DNA of 32,000 nucleotides, taken from assembly GCA_048882505.1 (NCBI GenBank), contig JBHLRO010000001.1:330001-362000 (forward strand), given 5' to 3'. Of this stretch, positions 7,693-16,410 are shown one piece after another (position 1 is the first letter of the stretch; each line of letters opens with the position of its first letter). Origin of the DNA: Candidatus Thorarchaeota archaeon (GTDB lineage: Archaea; Asgardarchaeota; Heimdallarchaeia; Hodarchaeales; Hodarchaeaceae). A program made the position numbers and the translations under genes. A model generated the notes under the pieces. The model had not been told where the DNA came from, did not search any database, and was given only the letters and a program-made list of their open reading frames with translations.

Positions 7693-10503
7693 TCATTCCG
7701 AAATCCGGCATAACTTGATTTCGAATGGAGCAAAAACAACGTTGAGGGGGGTTCCCTTTGACTCATGCCTTGATTTTACTTTTCCATAAACAGTGAGAAC
7801 TTCCAAATGTCTCAAATTTGATGGAATCGTAACTAGGGCATTTGTCGATTCGCCATTTAGGTTATAGATGGTCACATATAATGTTTTATGCCGAACACGA
7901 AGTGAGGAGATTCGAATATTGGGATCGTCAATTTCAATTAAAGGATGAGTTAATATATCTCCTCCGAGGGGTGTGGTAACCTTTTTGGACTTGGTAGGGA
8001 GGGAAAACATTTCAGCATGGTCTGCACTCTTTGAAATCGGCTCACTCTTTGAATGAAAAAACAGACTATATTCATAATGAAACTTTGTTCCAATTTCCTG
8101 AGCTCCGGGGGTTGGAATGAACGGTCCAGCATGGTTTGGACGCTCAGGAAAATCAGAACGCGATAACCATCCAATTGAACGGATCAATGTGAGGGCAAGT
8201 CTGGTTCCCCCCTCAAGTTCAACTTCTGGCAATCCTTTGTTTATTAACGTTAGCGCAGCTTCAGATTTATCATCTTCAACCCGGATGAATCTTTTCTGTG
8301 GTTGTATACCTGAGGGCTGCTCCATATATTGTTCTAGTTCTTCAGGATCGCTTTTCCGTTTTATGTACCCGAAATGAGTACTTGTTATGGTTCTTTTTGC
8401 CTTGAAAGGTAGATCAAAGCAAACACGGAGTCGATGATCCTTGGTAATGTTTCTTATGCTCGTTTTGATGTCAATACGAGGGATACCGCGATATACCCTG
8501 AAATGTGTGATAACGGGTACCAGTACTTTTCCGGCCCTTGAATCCCGTGAACTATTCACTTCCATATAGATTTCTAGATCAAGATTCTGTCTGAACTCTA
8601 CCATAAGTGGCCCAGATACAATGAGTGTCCGTTTGGCGCCTATTGGCCTAGCATATTCAGGTGCCAAACGGCCAAAGGTATATTCATCACCTCGATCTCC
8701 CCAATCTTCAAACACATGCAGATTTTCATAAATTGTACCAGTGACGTGATCTAGAACATTAAATGTTCCTCTTTTTTGGAATTTTAAGGTAAAGAATGCA
8801 TTACTAATCTCGTCTTTTCCCACAGAAAGCTCTACATTTTGCCTTGGAGGGGGAGCAAATAAAGGATAGATTTCTGTAAAACCCCATGCCCTGAGTGGTA
8901 AAGTTACTAAATAAGAGATTTTTCTTTCCTTGGATACCAGAATATGAAAATACTTGTATTTTTTTGAATCTATAAGTTTTAGGGCGTTTGCCTTTAATTG
9001 CCCTGGATTCAAATCACCAATTGGCGAATCACCAACAACTATGCGAATTTCACAAACCTGTGGGTCTTCGCCTGTATAGTACCTTATGTCATTAACAAAA
9101 AAAGTCATTATCTTTCTTCCGGGCAACATTTGGAGTAGGGTTCGGAAGCGCCATACTCCCACAGACATTTCCCAGATTATATCTGATTGATCCCGAACTT
9201 CCTGTATTGGAAATACTTGACCCGCGTCAGTTTCAACACTAGTCAACAACTTTTGGTCTGTTGTAGAAACGTAAACAGGAATAGGGACATCATCACAATT
9301 TGAAGGATTATAGATTAACCAACTAGGTCGAACTTCGGTAGAATAGGATTGCTTCTCCACAGCATCCATAGCATCTTCAATGATAGTTTTAGCAAGGGAT
9401 TCGGCCCAATAAAACCTGGTTTTCATTTCTTCATGGGTTTGGTCCACGGAACATCCGCAAATCGAATCGTGAGGCTGGTTCCTTAAATGCCATTTCCATG
9501 CTTCTTTGAGAAATCCAGTTGGGTATCCTCTCTTAAAATAATACCATAGGTATGCACTCAAGGGCTCTGCGTAATGAACTAATTTGTCTTCAACCCGCTG
9601 GTTCCATATTTTAATCCAAATCCTACTGGAATAGGTATCCTGTAGTAGATTCGCTCTTGCTGAGGAACGAAATTCACCGGTATATTCAGGAACTTCATAA
9701 CCAGAACTGGTAATCGAACCTTGGAGCTCATCCATGAACTGATCCAAGGTGGAGACCTTCAACTCGTAGCCGGGTATGGTCAGATCTTGGATTGCTTTCA
9801 CAATATTTGCTTTGGGAAATTGGTGATCAGTTCCATGTTGGAGAAGATATAAAGGGAGCGGAGAAAAAGGTTCAAGTTGATTCACAATATCAATGATTTC
9901 TTTCTCCAAAAGCTCAGGATTTCCTGATAATCCAGCCGCATTACCATAACCAAATGGTAAATACGCCGTTAAAATCGATTTTTCAGAGGATTTGTGGCTT
10001 TTCCAAAAAAAGGGTACACTGGTGATTTCGGGAGGAACTCCACGCCAAACAATGGCAGAATCGAAATCGGTTAAATCACCCATAATCTGAGGAATTGCTC
10101 TTGAATGACCGAACATATCAGGAAGATAGGCAATGGACATCAACTGGATGTCCAAAGAGGTTGCCAAATCTAAGCTATATTCTAAATTACGGATCAAACT
10201 CTCTTCTCCGACCAACCAAATATCTGGCAATACGTACCAGGGTCCAACTTGAATTCTAGAGGTCTTAATATGCGAAACCAATCGTTCCTGATTCTCAGGG
10301 CGGATATCAAAATAATCCTCAAGGATAATTGTCTGACCATCCAGAGTAAAACAATATGGTTTTGAATCTAGGATATCTAACAGGGTATCGATAAGATTAA
10401 CCAACTTGAAACGGAATTCTTGAAAAGGTAGGTACCATTCTCGATCCCAATGCGTGTGAGGTACAATAAATACTTGTTTCACGTTGGAGGATCTGCTGGA
10501 CAT
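7693..10503 (-). CDS. Glycoside hydrolase family 38 (alpha-mannosidase / mannosylglycerate hydrolase-like)
   Basis: PHTHWDREWY, FTLDGQ, GPWYVLPD, nucleophile motif YLPDMFGH, QPHDSICGCS, DWGDRGDEY, LTLIRSIGWLSR. AAGGAG RBS. Confidence 0.92.
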   Translation of the reverse strand: MSSRSSNVKQVFIVPHTHWDREWYLPFQEFRFKLVNLIDTLLDILDSKPYCFTLDGQTIILEDYFDIRPENQERLVSHIKTSRIQVGPWYVLPDIWLVGEESLIRNLEYSLDLATSLDIQLMSIAYLPDMFGHSRAIPQIMGDLTDFDSAIVWRGVPPEITSVPFFWKSHKSSEKSILTAYLPFGYGNAAGLSGNPELLEKEIIDIVNQLEPFSPLPLYLLQHGTDHQFPKANIVKAIQDLTIPGYELKVSTLDQFMDELQGSITSSGYEVPEYTGEFRSSARANLLQDTYSSRIWIKIWNQRVEDKLVHYAEPLSAYLWYYFKRGYPTGFLKEAWKWHLRNQPHDSICGCSVDQTHEEMKTRFYWAESLAKTIIEDAMDAVEKQSYSTEVRPSWLIYNPSNCDDVPIPVYVSTTDQKLLTSVETDAGQVFPIQEVRDQSDIIWEMSVGVWRFRTLLQMLPGRKIMTFFVNDIRYYTGEDPQVCEIRIVVGDSPIGDLNPGQLKANALKLIDSKKYKYFHILVSKERKISYLVTLPLRAWGFTEIYPLFAPPPRQNVELSVGKDEISNAFFTLKFQKRGTFNVLDHVTGTIYENLHVFEDWGDRGDEYTFGRLAPEYARPIGAKRTLIVSGPLMVEFRQNLDLEIYMEVNSSRDSRAGKVLVPVITHFRVYRGIPRIDIKTSIRNITKDHRLRVCFDLPFKAKRTITSTHFGYIKRKSDPEELEQYMEQPSGIQPQKRFIRVEDDKSEAALTLINKGLPEVELEGGTRLALTLIRSIGWLSRSDFPERPNHAGPFIPTPGAQEIGTKFHYEYSLFFHSKSEPISKSADHAEMFSLPTKSKKVTTPLGGDILTHPLIEIDDPNIRISSLRVRHKTLYVTIYNLNGESTNALVTIPSNLRHLEVLTVYGKVKSRHESKGTPLNVVFAPFEIKLCRISE

Positions 10504-10510
10504 GGAGAAA

Positions 10511-10734
10511 CTACTCCTTTATGTTCTTTGGGATGCTTTCGTTAAATCGCTTGATCGGATTCTCGTACTTATTAATCAGATTATCTCCTAGAAAGACATC
10601 AACATCCTCTTTTCCGTGATTCTTTATTGGAAGCTAGGTTCTTCGGATATACATTTAAAAGCCATATCTATGCCAATATGAACGATTTCTCCTACATTCT
10701 CATAGGCTAGCCATTTCACTCCCGTGTTTTTCAT
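10511..10734 (-). pseudogene. Possible frameshifted small-gene remnant between the methyltransferase and GH38
   Basis: A 36-aa ORF (10734..10624) overlaps a 40-codon open frame (10633..10511) whose TAG abuts the GH38 RBS. No family recognised. Confidence 0.2.
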
Positions 10735-10790
10735 CTCTGTATTAGTGTCTGTATAATGTATGTCTAAAGAACTCTATGGAACTGCCCTGT

Positions 10791-11711
10791 TCACTGGCTT
10801 TTTGACATGTATTCAATCAAGGTCCCTTTTTTTGGAAATGGAGGAGATTTCGCTCTGTTGGCAGCTTCCTCCACAAAGGATCTGTTTAAATCACAACCGA
10901 TGAATTTCCTTTGGGTTTCAAGACAAACATCCATCATCGTTCCGGACCCTAAAAAAGGGTCGAATACGGTATCACCTGGCTCAGTCGTTGCCAATAATAA
11001 CCTTTTAACAATTTTACTTGGAAAAGTAGCCGTATGACCCTTTTTAGGCTCCGGAGCAAATACCCATACTTGATCATCCATTCTTAATCGGCCCGATTTT
11101 CCAGGAACCATCATTGGCTCGGGATTAAACTTATATTTCCCTTTCTTGGTAAAGTGGAGGATGTACTCGGAACTTTGCCTAACGCGATCCTTTACATTTT
11201 CGGGCATCGGGTTTGGTTTTTCCCAAATTATTAACTCACGCCAGATATAACGTTGCTGCACCAAATTGACGGCAATCCTGAACGGGATACCACATAAAGA
11301 CTTATTACGGATGATCTTATGTCGTGCTGTAACAGAACTTGTATTTCCTTGTTTACTTGAATCAAGTCCATCCCGTCGAAATTCCGGAAACAAATTGTTT
11401 TCCCAATAATTATGATGTGATCTAGAAATTCCGCTACCCATGTAGCTATCTTGCATAATGAAGAAAAGGGATCCATCGCCACGAATTTTGGCAAGGATTG
11501 CCGAATAAATGTCTACGTTGCGTTGAATATACTTTTCTAGGCTTTCGCTGCCGAATTCGCGTTGATCGGAAGAAAAAGACCTCTTTCCCCAGTATGTGGG
11601 ACTGGTGATACAACACTGGATAACATTATCAGGAATTAAATCCATACATTCGAAGGCATCCCCCGAATATAATTTTATACGATCGTTATCATAAAACAAT
11701 TCCGGGGCCAT
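10791..11711 (-). CDS. N4-cytosine/N6-adenine DNA methyltransferase, beta class
   Basis: Motif IV TSPTYWG precedes motif I VFDPFLGSGT; also IIWEKPNPMPENVKDR...EYILHFTK and HTATFP. Start placed at ATG 11711 (track start GTG 11801). Confidence 0.9.
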   Translation of the reverse strand: MAPELFYDNDRIKLYSGDAFECMDLIPDNVIQCCITSPTYWGKRSFSSDQREFGSESLEKYIQRNVDIYSAILAKIRGDGSLFFIMQDSYMGSGISRSHHNYWENNLFPEFRRDGLDSSKQGNTSSVTARHKIIRNKSLCGIPFRIAVNLVQQRYIWRELIIWEKPNPMPENVKDRVRQSSEYILHFTKKGKYKFNPEPMMVPGKSGRLRMDDQVWVFAPEPKKGHTATFPSKIVKRLLLATTEPGDTVFDPFLGSGTMMDVCLETQRKFIGCDLNRSFVEEAANRAKSPPFPKKGTLIEYMSKSQ

Positions 11712-11838
11712 GATGAGATAGAAAAGCTGTCGATTGAAAAGGATTGTCCTCGGGAACGGTGAACGAATTAGTGATGCAAGCAATTGGGGGCGTAATTGCA
11801 CGCGTATACGGTTTATTTGATGGATATAACTCGAGAGA

Positions 11839-12912
11839 TTAAACGACTCTTACAATCCAGCCGTACGGATCATCAATCAAACCATATTGTATTCCTATAA
11901 CCTTATCATGCAATTGTTTGGCGATCGGGCCCACCTGCATATCGTTAACGATGAAATCCTTCCCAGAATAATGAAGACAACCCACTGGGGCTATCGAAGC
12001 TGCGGTACCACTACCAAAAACTTCTGTGATTCTTCCATCTAAGGTACCCTCTGTAATTGTTTTGATAGATAGCGCTTCCTCCTGTACCGTATAACCCAAA
12101 TCTCGGGCAAGTTGGATTGTGCTTTCTCTGGTAACTCCAGGTAATACTGTGCCTGAAGATAAAGGAGCAGTATAGATAACATCTTCATATACAAAAAATA
12201 TGTTCATAGCTCCTACTTCTTCTACGTATTCCTTGTGAATAGCGTCTAGCCAAAGTACTTGGCTATATCCTTTACGAGTCGCTTCATCGCCAACCAATAG
12301 GCTAGCAGCATAATTTCCCCCAGTTTTTGCTGTTCCAGTCCCTCCTGGTGCGGCCCTGATATAATGTTCGGAAACGAATATTTTAATAGGAGCAAATCCC
12401 TCGGGAAAATAAGCTCCAGAAGGGGAAAGAATGATGTAGAAAATATACTCATTCGAAGGTCTTACGCCGAGTCCCCGTTCCGTTCCTATCATGGTAGGAC
12501 GTATGTACAGGGATGAACCAATCTTTTTTGGTGCCCAATCTTTTTCTAACCGGATTAATTCCTTTAATCCTTCGAGATAGGTATCAGGTTCGACCTCAGG
12601 CATCATCATCCTACGAGCGGAGTTATTAAAGCGTTTAACATTCTTATCGGGTCTAAAAAGATTAATATGGCCATCAGGAGTTCTATAAGCTTTCTGGCCT
12701 TCAAAAATCGTCTGGCCGTAATGTAAACATATGGCAGAAGGATCAAGAGCGATTGGACCATACTTACGAATCTCAGGGGTGATCCATCTTTCATTTTCAT
12801 ATTTCATGTAGAACATCCGGTCCGTAAAAACACGGCCGAAACCTAACTTGTCTTCCGAATCAAATTTTACTTTTAATTCTGATTCGGGAATGGAAGAAAT
12901 AGTAAAAGTCAC
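11839..12912 (-). CDS. ilvE: Branched-chain amino acid aminotransferase
   Basis: LHYGQTIFEGQKAY, LFRPDKN..RF..SA.R, SLYIRP, AKTGGNYAAS, EEVGAMNIF, LPGVTRES, GSGTAA. GTG start. Confidence 0.95.
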   Translation of the reverse strand: MTFTISSIPESELKVKFDSEDKLGFGRVFTDRMFYMKYENERWITPEIRKYGPIALDPSAICLHYGQTIFEGQKAYRTPDGHINLFRPDKNVKRFNNSARRMMMPEVEPDTYLEGLKELIRLEKDWAPKKIGSSLYIRPTMIGTERGLGVRPSNEYIFYIILSPSGAYFPEGFAPIKIFVSEHYIRAAPGGTGTAKTGGNYAASLLVGDEATRKGYSQVLWLDAIHKEYVEEVGAMNIFFVYEDVIYTAPLSSGTVLPGVTRESTIQLARDLGYTVQEEALSIKTITEGTLDGRITEVFGSGTAASIAPVGCLHYSGKDFIVNDMQVGPIAKQLHDKVIGIQYGLIDDPYGWIVRVV

Positions 12913-12982
12913 ATTTTGTCCCTTCTAGGTTATTGAAATGGAGAATGGGGAACCGAAAACTGGATTCGTGCCTAAAACTCAA

Positions 12983-13063
12983 ATGATTTGGTCGAAGTAA
13001 AGAGCAAATCATCAGGACTTCTTTATTGTTCTTAATATAAAAACCTTAGATTGTTAAAACAAT
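12983..13063 (-). promoter_or_regulatory. Putative ilvE promoter region with two inverted repeats
   Basis: Minus-strand TTTATATT at 13041..13034; ATGATTTG(12983-12990)/CAAATCAT(13005-13012); ATTGTT-AA-AACAAT at 13050-13063. Confidence 0.4.
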
Positions 13064-13126
13064 AGATTTATTCGAATATCTACGGCCCCAGGTCTGTTAA
13101 ACAAAAATTCTATTGGTCTTTCCGAT

Positions 13127-14221
13127 TTATTCTTTGCCAAAAAAGTTGATTGATTTTCTTGATAATTTTACGTTTGTTAGGATATCAGTTTGATCAATAA
13201 AATGGTCAATTGACCCTAGTGAATACTCAAGACTGGCAAGGGGCTCTTTAATCGTCCTTTTAATTTCCTTGCATATTTTTTCTGCGTTTATTACGACTTG
13301 ATCCCTGGTGTAATATGAAACTGGTTCAATATTCATTTTAGGAATTATTTTCAACTCAATCATTTTTTTTATCAAGATCAGATATGCACGGCATAATAAA
13401 TTTTCCCTTTGTCGCCAAGATCCTTCTTTTGTAATACTTAGAAGCAGAGAATATAAATCTCGACCAATTGAGAGTTTAGAGAATCCTGTTCCAAACCATT
13501 TGGGATAAGGTACATACTTCTTCGATAAAATATATCCAATCCGCATTATATACCGAACTAGTCTTCCTGTTTCAAGTATGGAGCCTAATTCATCGCCAGA
13601 CATCGCTGGTCTCCCTACAAATGCAATTTCCTGTCCAATATGCTCCCAATCTGCTAAGAGTTTAAATCGCCAGACATTTTCTGGAAAATAAGCCATCCTT
13701 GCTTGTACTTGTTCTAGTTTTCCCAGTGTATTGTAAAAAACCTTTCCAGATGTAAACTCTAAGAGTCGCTGTTCTGATAATGTAAGCCAGTCGAATTGAG
13801 AAATTTCCATGGTACTGATTCCTAAAAACGCTTCCAAATACGATCGCACTGTAAACAATTCCACTCTGTGATTAATAGGTTTGGTGTTTTTTTGTACCAG
13901 AGATTGAGTCATCGAATCATTGGGATCAGGTTCTGACCAGTTTGTGGAGTACCCAGAAAACGTATAAGGGAGCTTTTGGCCCAAGAGTTCGTTGATTGCA
14001 GGGCCATGATTTACAAGATCTTCTTCCGTTAAAAAAAGAAGGACACGAGGGCCCCAGTGATGATCAGTCGAAACCTCGTCGTCATAACCTAAAACTTCAG
14101 AACCAGAACCGAGAAGCGCGGCATCGAATTTCAGAAAAGGAAAATTCTCTTGAATAGGCGGAAGCACCGCATGGGAAAAGAACCGTTGTGCCAGCAATAG
14201 GCCAGGTATGAATTCAGGCAT
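13127..14221 (-). CDS. DUF4037 domain-containing protein (nucleotidyltransferase-like N-terminus)
   Basis: GL.LA..F, AALLGSGSEVLGYDDEVSTDHHWGPR, WLTLSEQRLLEFTSGKVF, YVPYPKWFG. Confidence 0.85.
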   Translation of the reverse strand: MPEFIPGLLLAQRFFSHAVLPPIQENFPFLKFDAALLGSGSEVLGYDDEVSTDHHWGPRVLLFLTEEDLVNHGPAINELLGQKLPYTFSGYSTNWSEPDPNDSMTQSLVQKNTKPINHRVELFTVRSYLEAFLGISTMEISQFDWLTLSEQRLLEFTSGKVFYNTLGKLEQVQARMAYFPENVWRFKLLADWEHIGQEIAFVGRPAMSGDELGSILETGRLVRYIMRIGYILSKKYVPYPKWFGTGFSKLSIGRDLYSLLLSITKEGSWRQRENLLCRAYLILIKKMIELKIIPKMNIEPVSYYTRDQVVINAEKICKEIKRTIKEPLASLEYSLGSIDHFIDQTDILTNVKLSRKSINFFGKE

Positions 14222-14294
14222 TTCATCTGACTTTTAGCAAGATCGTTTTAAAATCTAGGTAAATATTGGCTATATGAATTAATAGGGGTATAAA

Positions 14295-15221
14295 ATGGAG
14301 CAAAGCGCGGATTCAAATAGCGAAAAAGTATTAATGGATCAGTCATTATTTCTCACCTCCCGGAAAACTATTGCAAGCTATCCTGGGGGAAAGAGTGATA
14401 GACGTAAACATTCTACGCTATTTTTATCGGTTCCAGATAGAATTCCCTATCTCATTGAACCATTTGCAGGCCTGGCCAACTTTTTCCTCGTTTTATCCCC
14501 ACGAGTTTCAAGAGCATGGCTAAATGATAAAGATCCTGAAATTTTTTCGATATTAAAGAGCATTCAAGATCCCTACCTATTGTCAAAGTTGATCGATCAG
14601 GTTAAATCGATCGAGCCTATCGAAAGAGACGATTATTATGCGTGGAAGTCTTCTACTCCTGATGAAATCTTAGAACGGGCAATAAAACGTCTTATTGTAC
14701 TCAATTGTTCCCCAAACGGTGCAGGTGGAGGATATAGCAGGGAAAAAGCGCATAGGAACTGGTACCGAAGTAAGCCTCCTGTTTGGAGATTTATTCATAA
14801 GATCTTCCGTGAGAAAGAAGTTCGTATTACCAATTGGGACTACTCTAAGGTTTTAACAGCCTTGGCTGATGGACTGCGCCCTCGCTCATCCTTTTGCTAT
14901 CTAGATCCGCCTTATATTGAAGTTGCCAAAAGTGGAAATCTCTACGGGAAGTTGTACAACATTGTGGACTGGGGATTGTTGAAATTCCATTTAAATCAGG
15001 TCCAATGTCACTGGATTCTTTCTAATCGAGATGATGCAAGAATACACGAGCTTTTCACTGGGTATCATATTCTCCAATATAACACATATAATGATATGAA
15101 CAACACACTTGGGAATAATCCGGAAATGCTGGTTAGCAATCTGCCATTTGAGGCCACAACAAGTAGAAGGAAGCTTCTAGAAGCGTTTCTTGATGATTCT
15201 GAAAATTCCCATAAGCCCTAG
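14295..15221 (+). CDS. Dam-family (D12 class, alpha) N6-adenine DNA methyltransferase
   Basis: SYPGGKS, IEPFAG, LNDKD, YLDPPY, WILSN, EMLVSN. Target sequence cannot be inferred. Confidence 0.88.
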   Translation: MEQSADSNSEKVLMDQSLFLTSRKTIASYPGGKSDRRKHSTLFLSVPDRIPYLIEPFAGLANFFLVLSPRVSRAWLNDKDPEIFSILKSIQDPYLLSKLIDQVKSIEPIERDDYYAWKSSTPDEILERAIKRLIVLNCSPNGAGGGYSREKAHRNWYRSKPPVWRFIHKIFREKEVRITNWDYSKVLTALADGLRPRSSFCYLDPPYIEVAKSGNLYGKLYNIVDWGLLKFHLNQVQCHWILSNRDDARIHELFTGYHILQYNTYNDMNNTLGNNPEMLVSNLPFEATTSRRKLLEAFLDDSENSHKP

Positions 15222-15352
15222 AAACCCCTTAGGTCTTATTGAGAAAATCATATAGTAACTTATTATGAAAAGGATTGGAACTCATTTTTCTAAAGAGTTT
15301 GAGACAATTTATGGCTTGAGTGGACCTTTGATATTTATTAAAGGGTGGTTAA

Positions 15353-16324
15353 ATGAAATTCTACGAAAATATATTGGAAACAATGGGGAGAACACCCCTG
15401 ATCCGATTAAATAAAATCGTCCCGAAAGATGGGCCCCTTGTGTTGGTGAAAGCTGAATTTTTGAACCCTGGAGGAAGTGTGAAAGATCGAATAGGGGTCA
15501 CTATGCTGGAAGACGCCAAGAACAGAGGGCTAATCCAGAATGGAGGAACTATTATTGAACCGACTTCTGGTAATACAGGGGTCGGCCTGGCGATGGTAGG
15601 AGTTCTTACGGGTTATAAAATGATCTTTACCATGCCTGATAAGATGAGCAAGGAAAAAGAGCAATTACTTGGCGCTTTCGGAGGGAAAGTTGTACGAACA
15701 CGAACCGACGTACCTCCCGAGGATCCAGAGAGCTACTACTCAGTGGCGGAAAAGCTTGTTAAGGAGACTCCTAATGCTTACTCACCTAACCAGTATTATA
15801 ATCCGATGAACATCTACGCCCACTATAAGACAACTGGACCCGAAATTTGGGAGGACTGTCCAGAAATTACACATTTTGTGTGCGGTATGGGTACAGGAGG
15901 GACAATAACGGGAGCTGGGCGGTTTTTAAAAGAGAAAAACTCCGAAATAAAGGTCATTGGGGTCGATCCGGAAGGATCCATTTACTATGATCAGTTCTAT
16001 GGCCTAGAAGGTGAAGGTGCGAGGGTTTACAAGACTGAGGGAATTGGAGAAGACTTTATTCCGGAAACAATTGATCTTAATATAATTGATGAAGTAATTC
16101 GTGTTGGAGACAAGGATGCTTATACAACAGCAAGAGATCTGGCCCGTAAAGAAGCCATGTTGGTTGGTAGTTCCTCAGGATCCGCAGCATTTGCAGCAAT
16201 CCAAATCGCTCGTCGTCTAGATGAGAACGCGGTTATTGTGGTTCTTTTCCCTGATACGGGGAGGAATTATCTTAGCAAATTATTTGATGATGACTGGATG
16301 CGCCAGAATGGGTTTCTGGGATAA
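15353..16324 (+). CDS. Cystathionine beta-synthase / cysteine synthase family PLP enzyme (CBS-like, no regulatory domains)
   Basis: NPGGSVKDRIG, EPTSGNTG, MPDKMSKEK, PNQYYNP, GTGGTITG, YKTEGIGEDFIP, GSSSG, FPDTGRNY. Confidence 0.9.
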   Translation: MKFYENILETMGRTPLIRLNKIVPKDGPLVLVKAEFLNPGGSVKDRIGVTMLEDAKNRGLIQNGGTIIEPTSGNTGVGLAMVGVLTGYKMIFTMPDKMSKEKEQLLGAFGGKVVRTRTDVPPEDPESYYSVAEKLVKETPNAYSPNQYYNPMNIYAHYKTTGPEIWEDCPEITHFVCGMGTGGTITGAGRFLKEKNSEIKVIGVDPEGSIYYDQFYGLEGEGARVYKTEGIGEDFIPETIDLNIIDEVIRVGDKDAYTTARDLARKEAMLVGSSSGSAAFAAIQIARRLDENAVIVVLFPDTGRNYLSKLFDDDWMRQNGFLG

Positions 16325-16410
16325 TATAAAACTCTGATTAGCAAACCAATTCAGAAATGTAGTTCATTTAAAGAAAGTAAGGCAAATTATTACGATTTGG
16401 AGTTACAAAA

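Noticed and set aside
12913-13012. Possible attenuator leader peptide for ilvE
   Set aside because: The minus-strand uORF (MICSLLRPNH...) has no Ile/Leu/Val run and reads on into ilvE out of frame.
13127-13160. PIP-like tail on DUF4037 (RKSINFF)
   Set aside because: Spacing is wrong: only one residue lies between I and FF.
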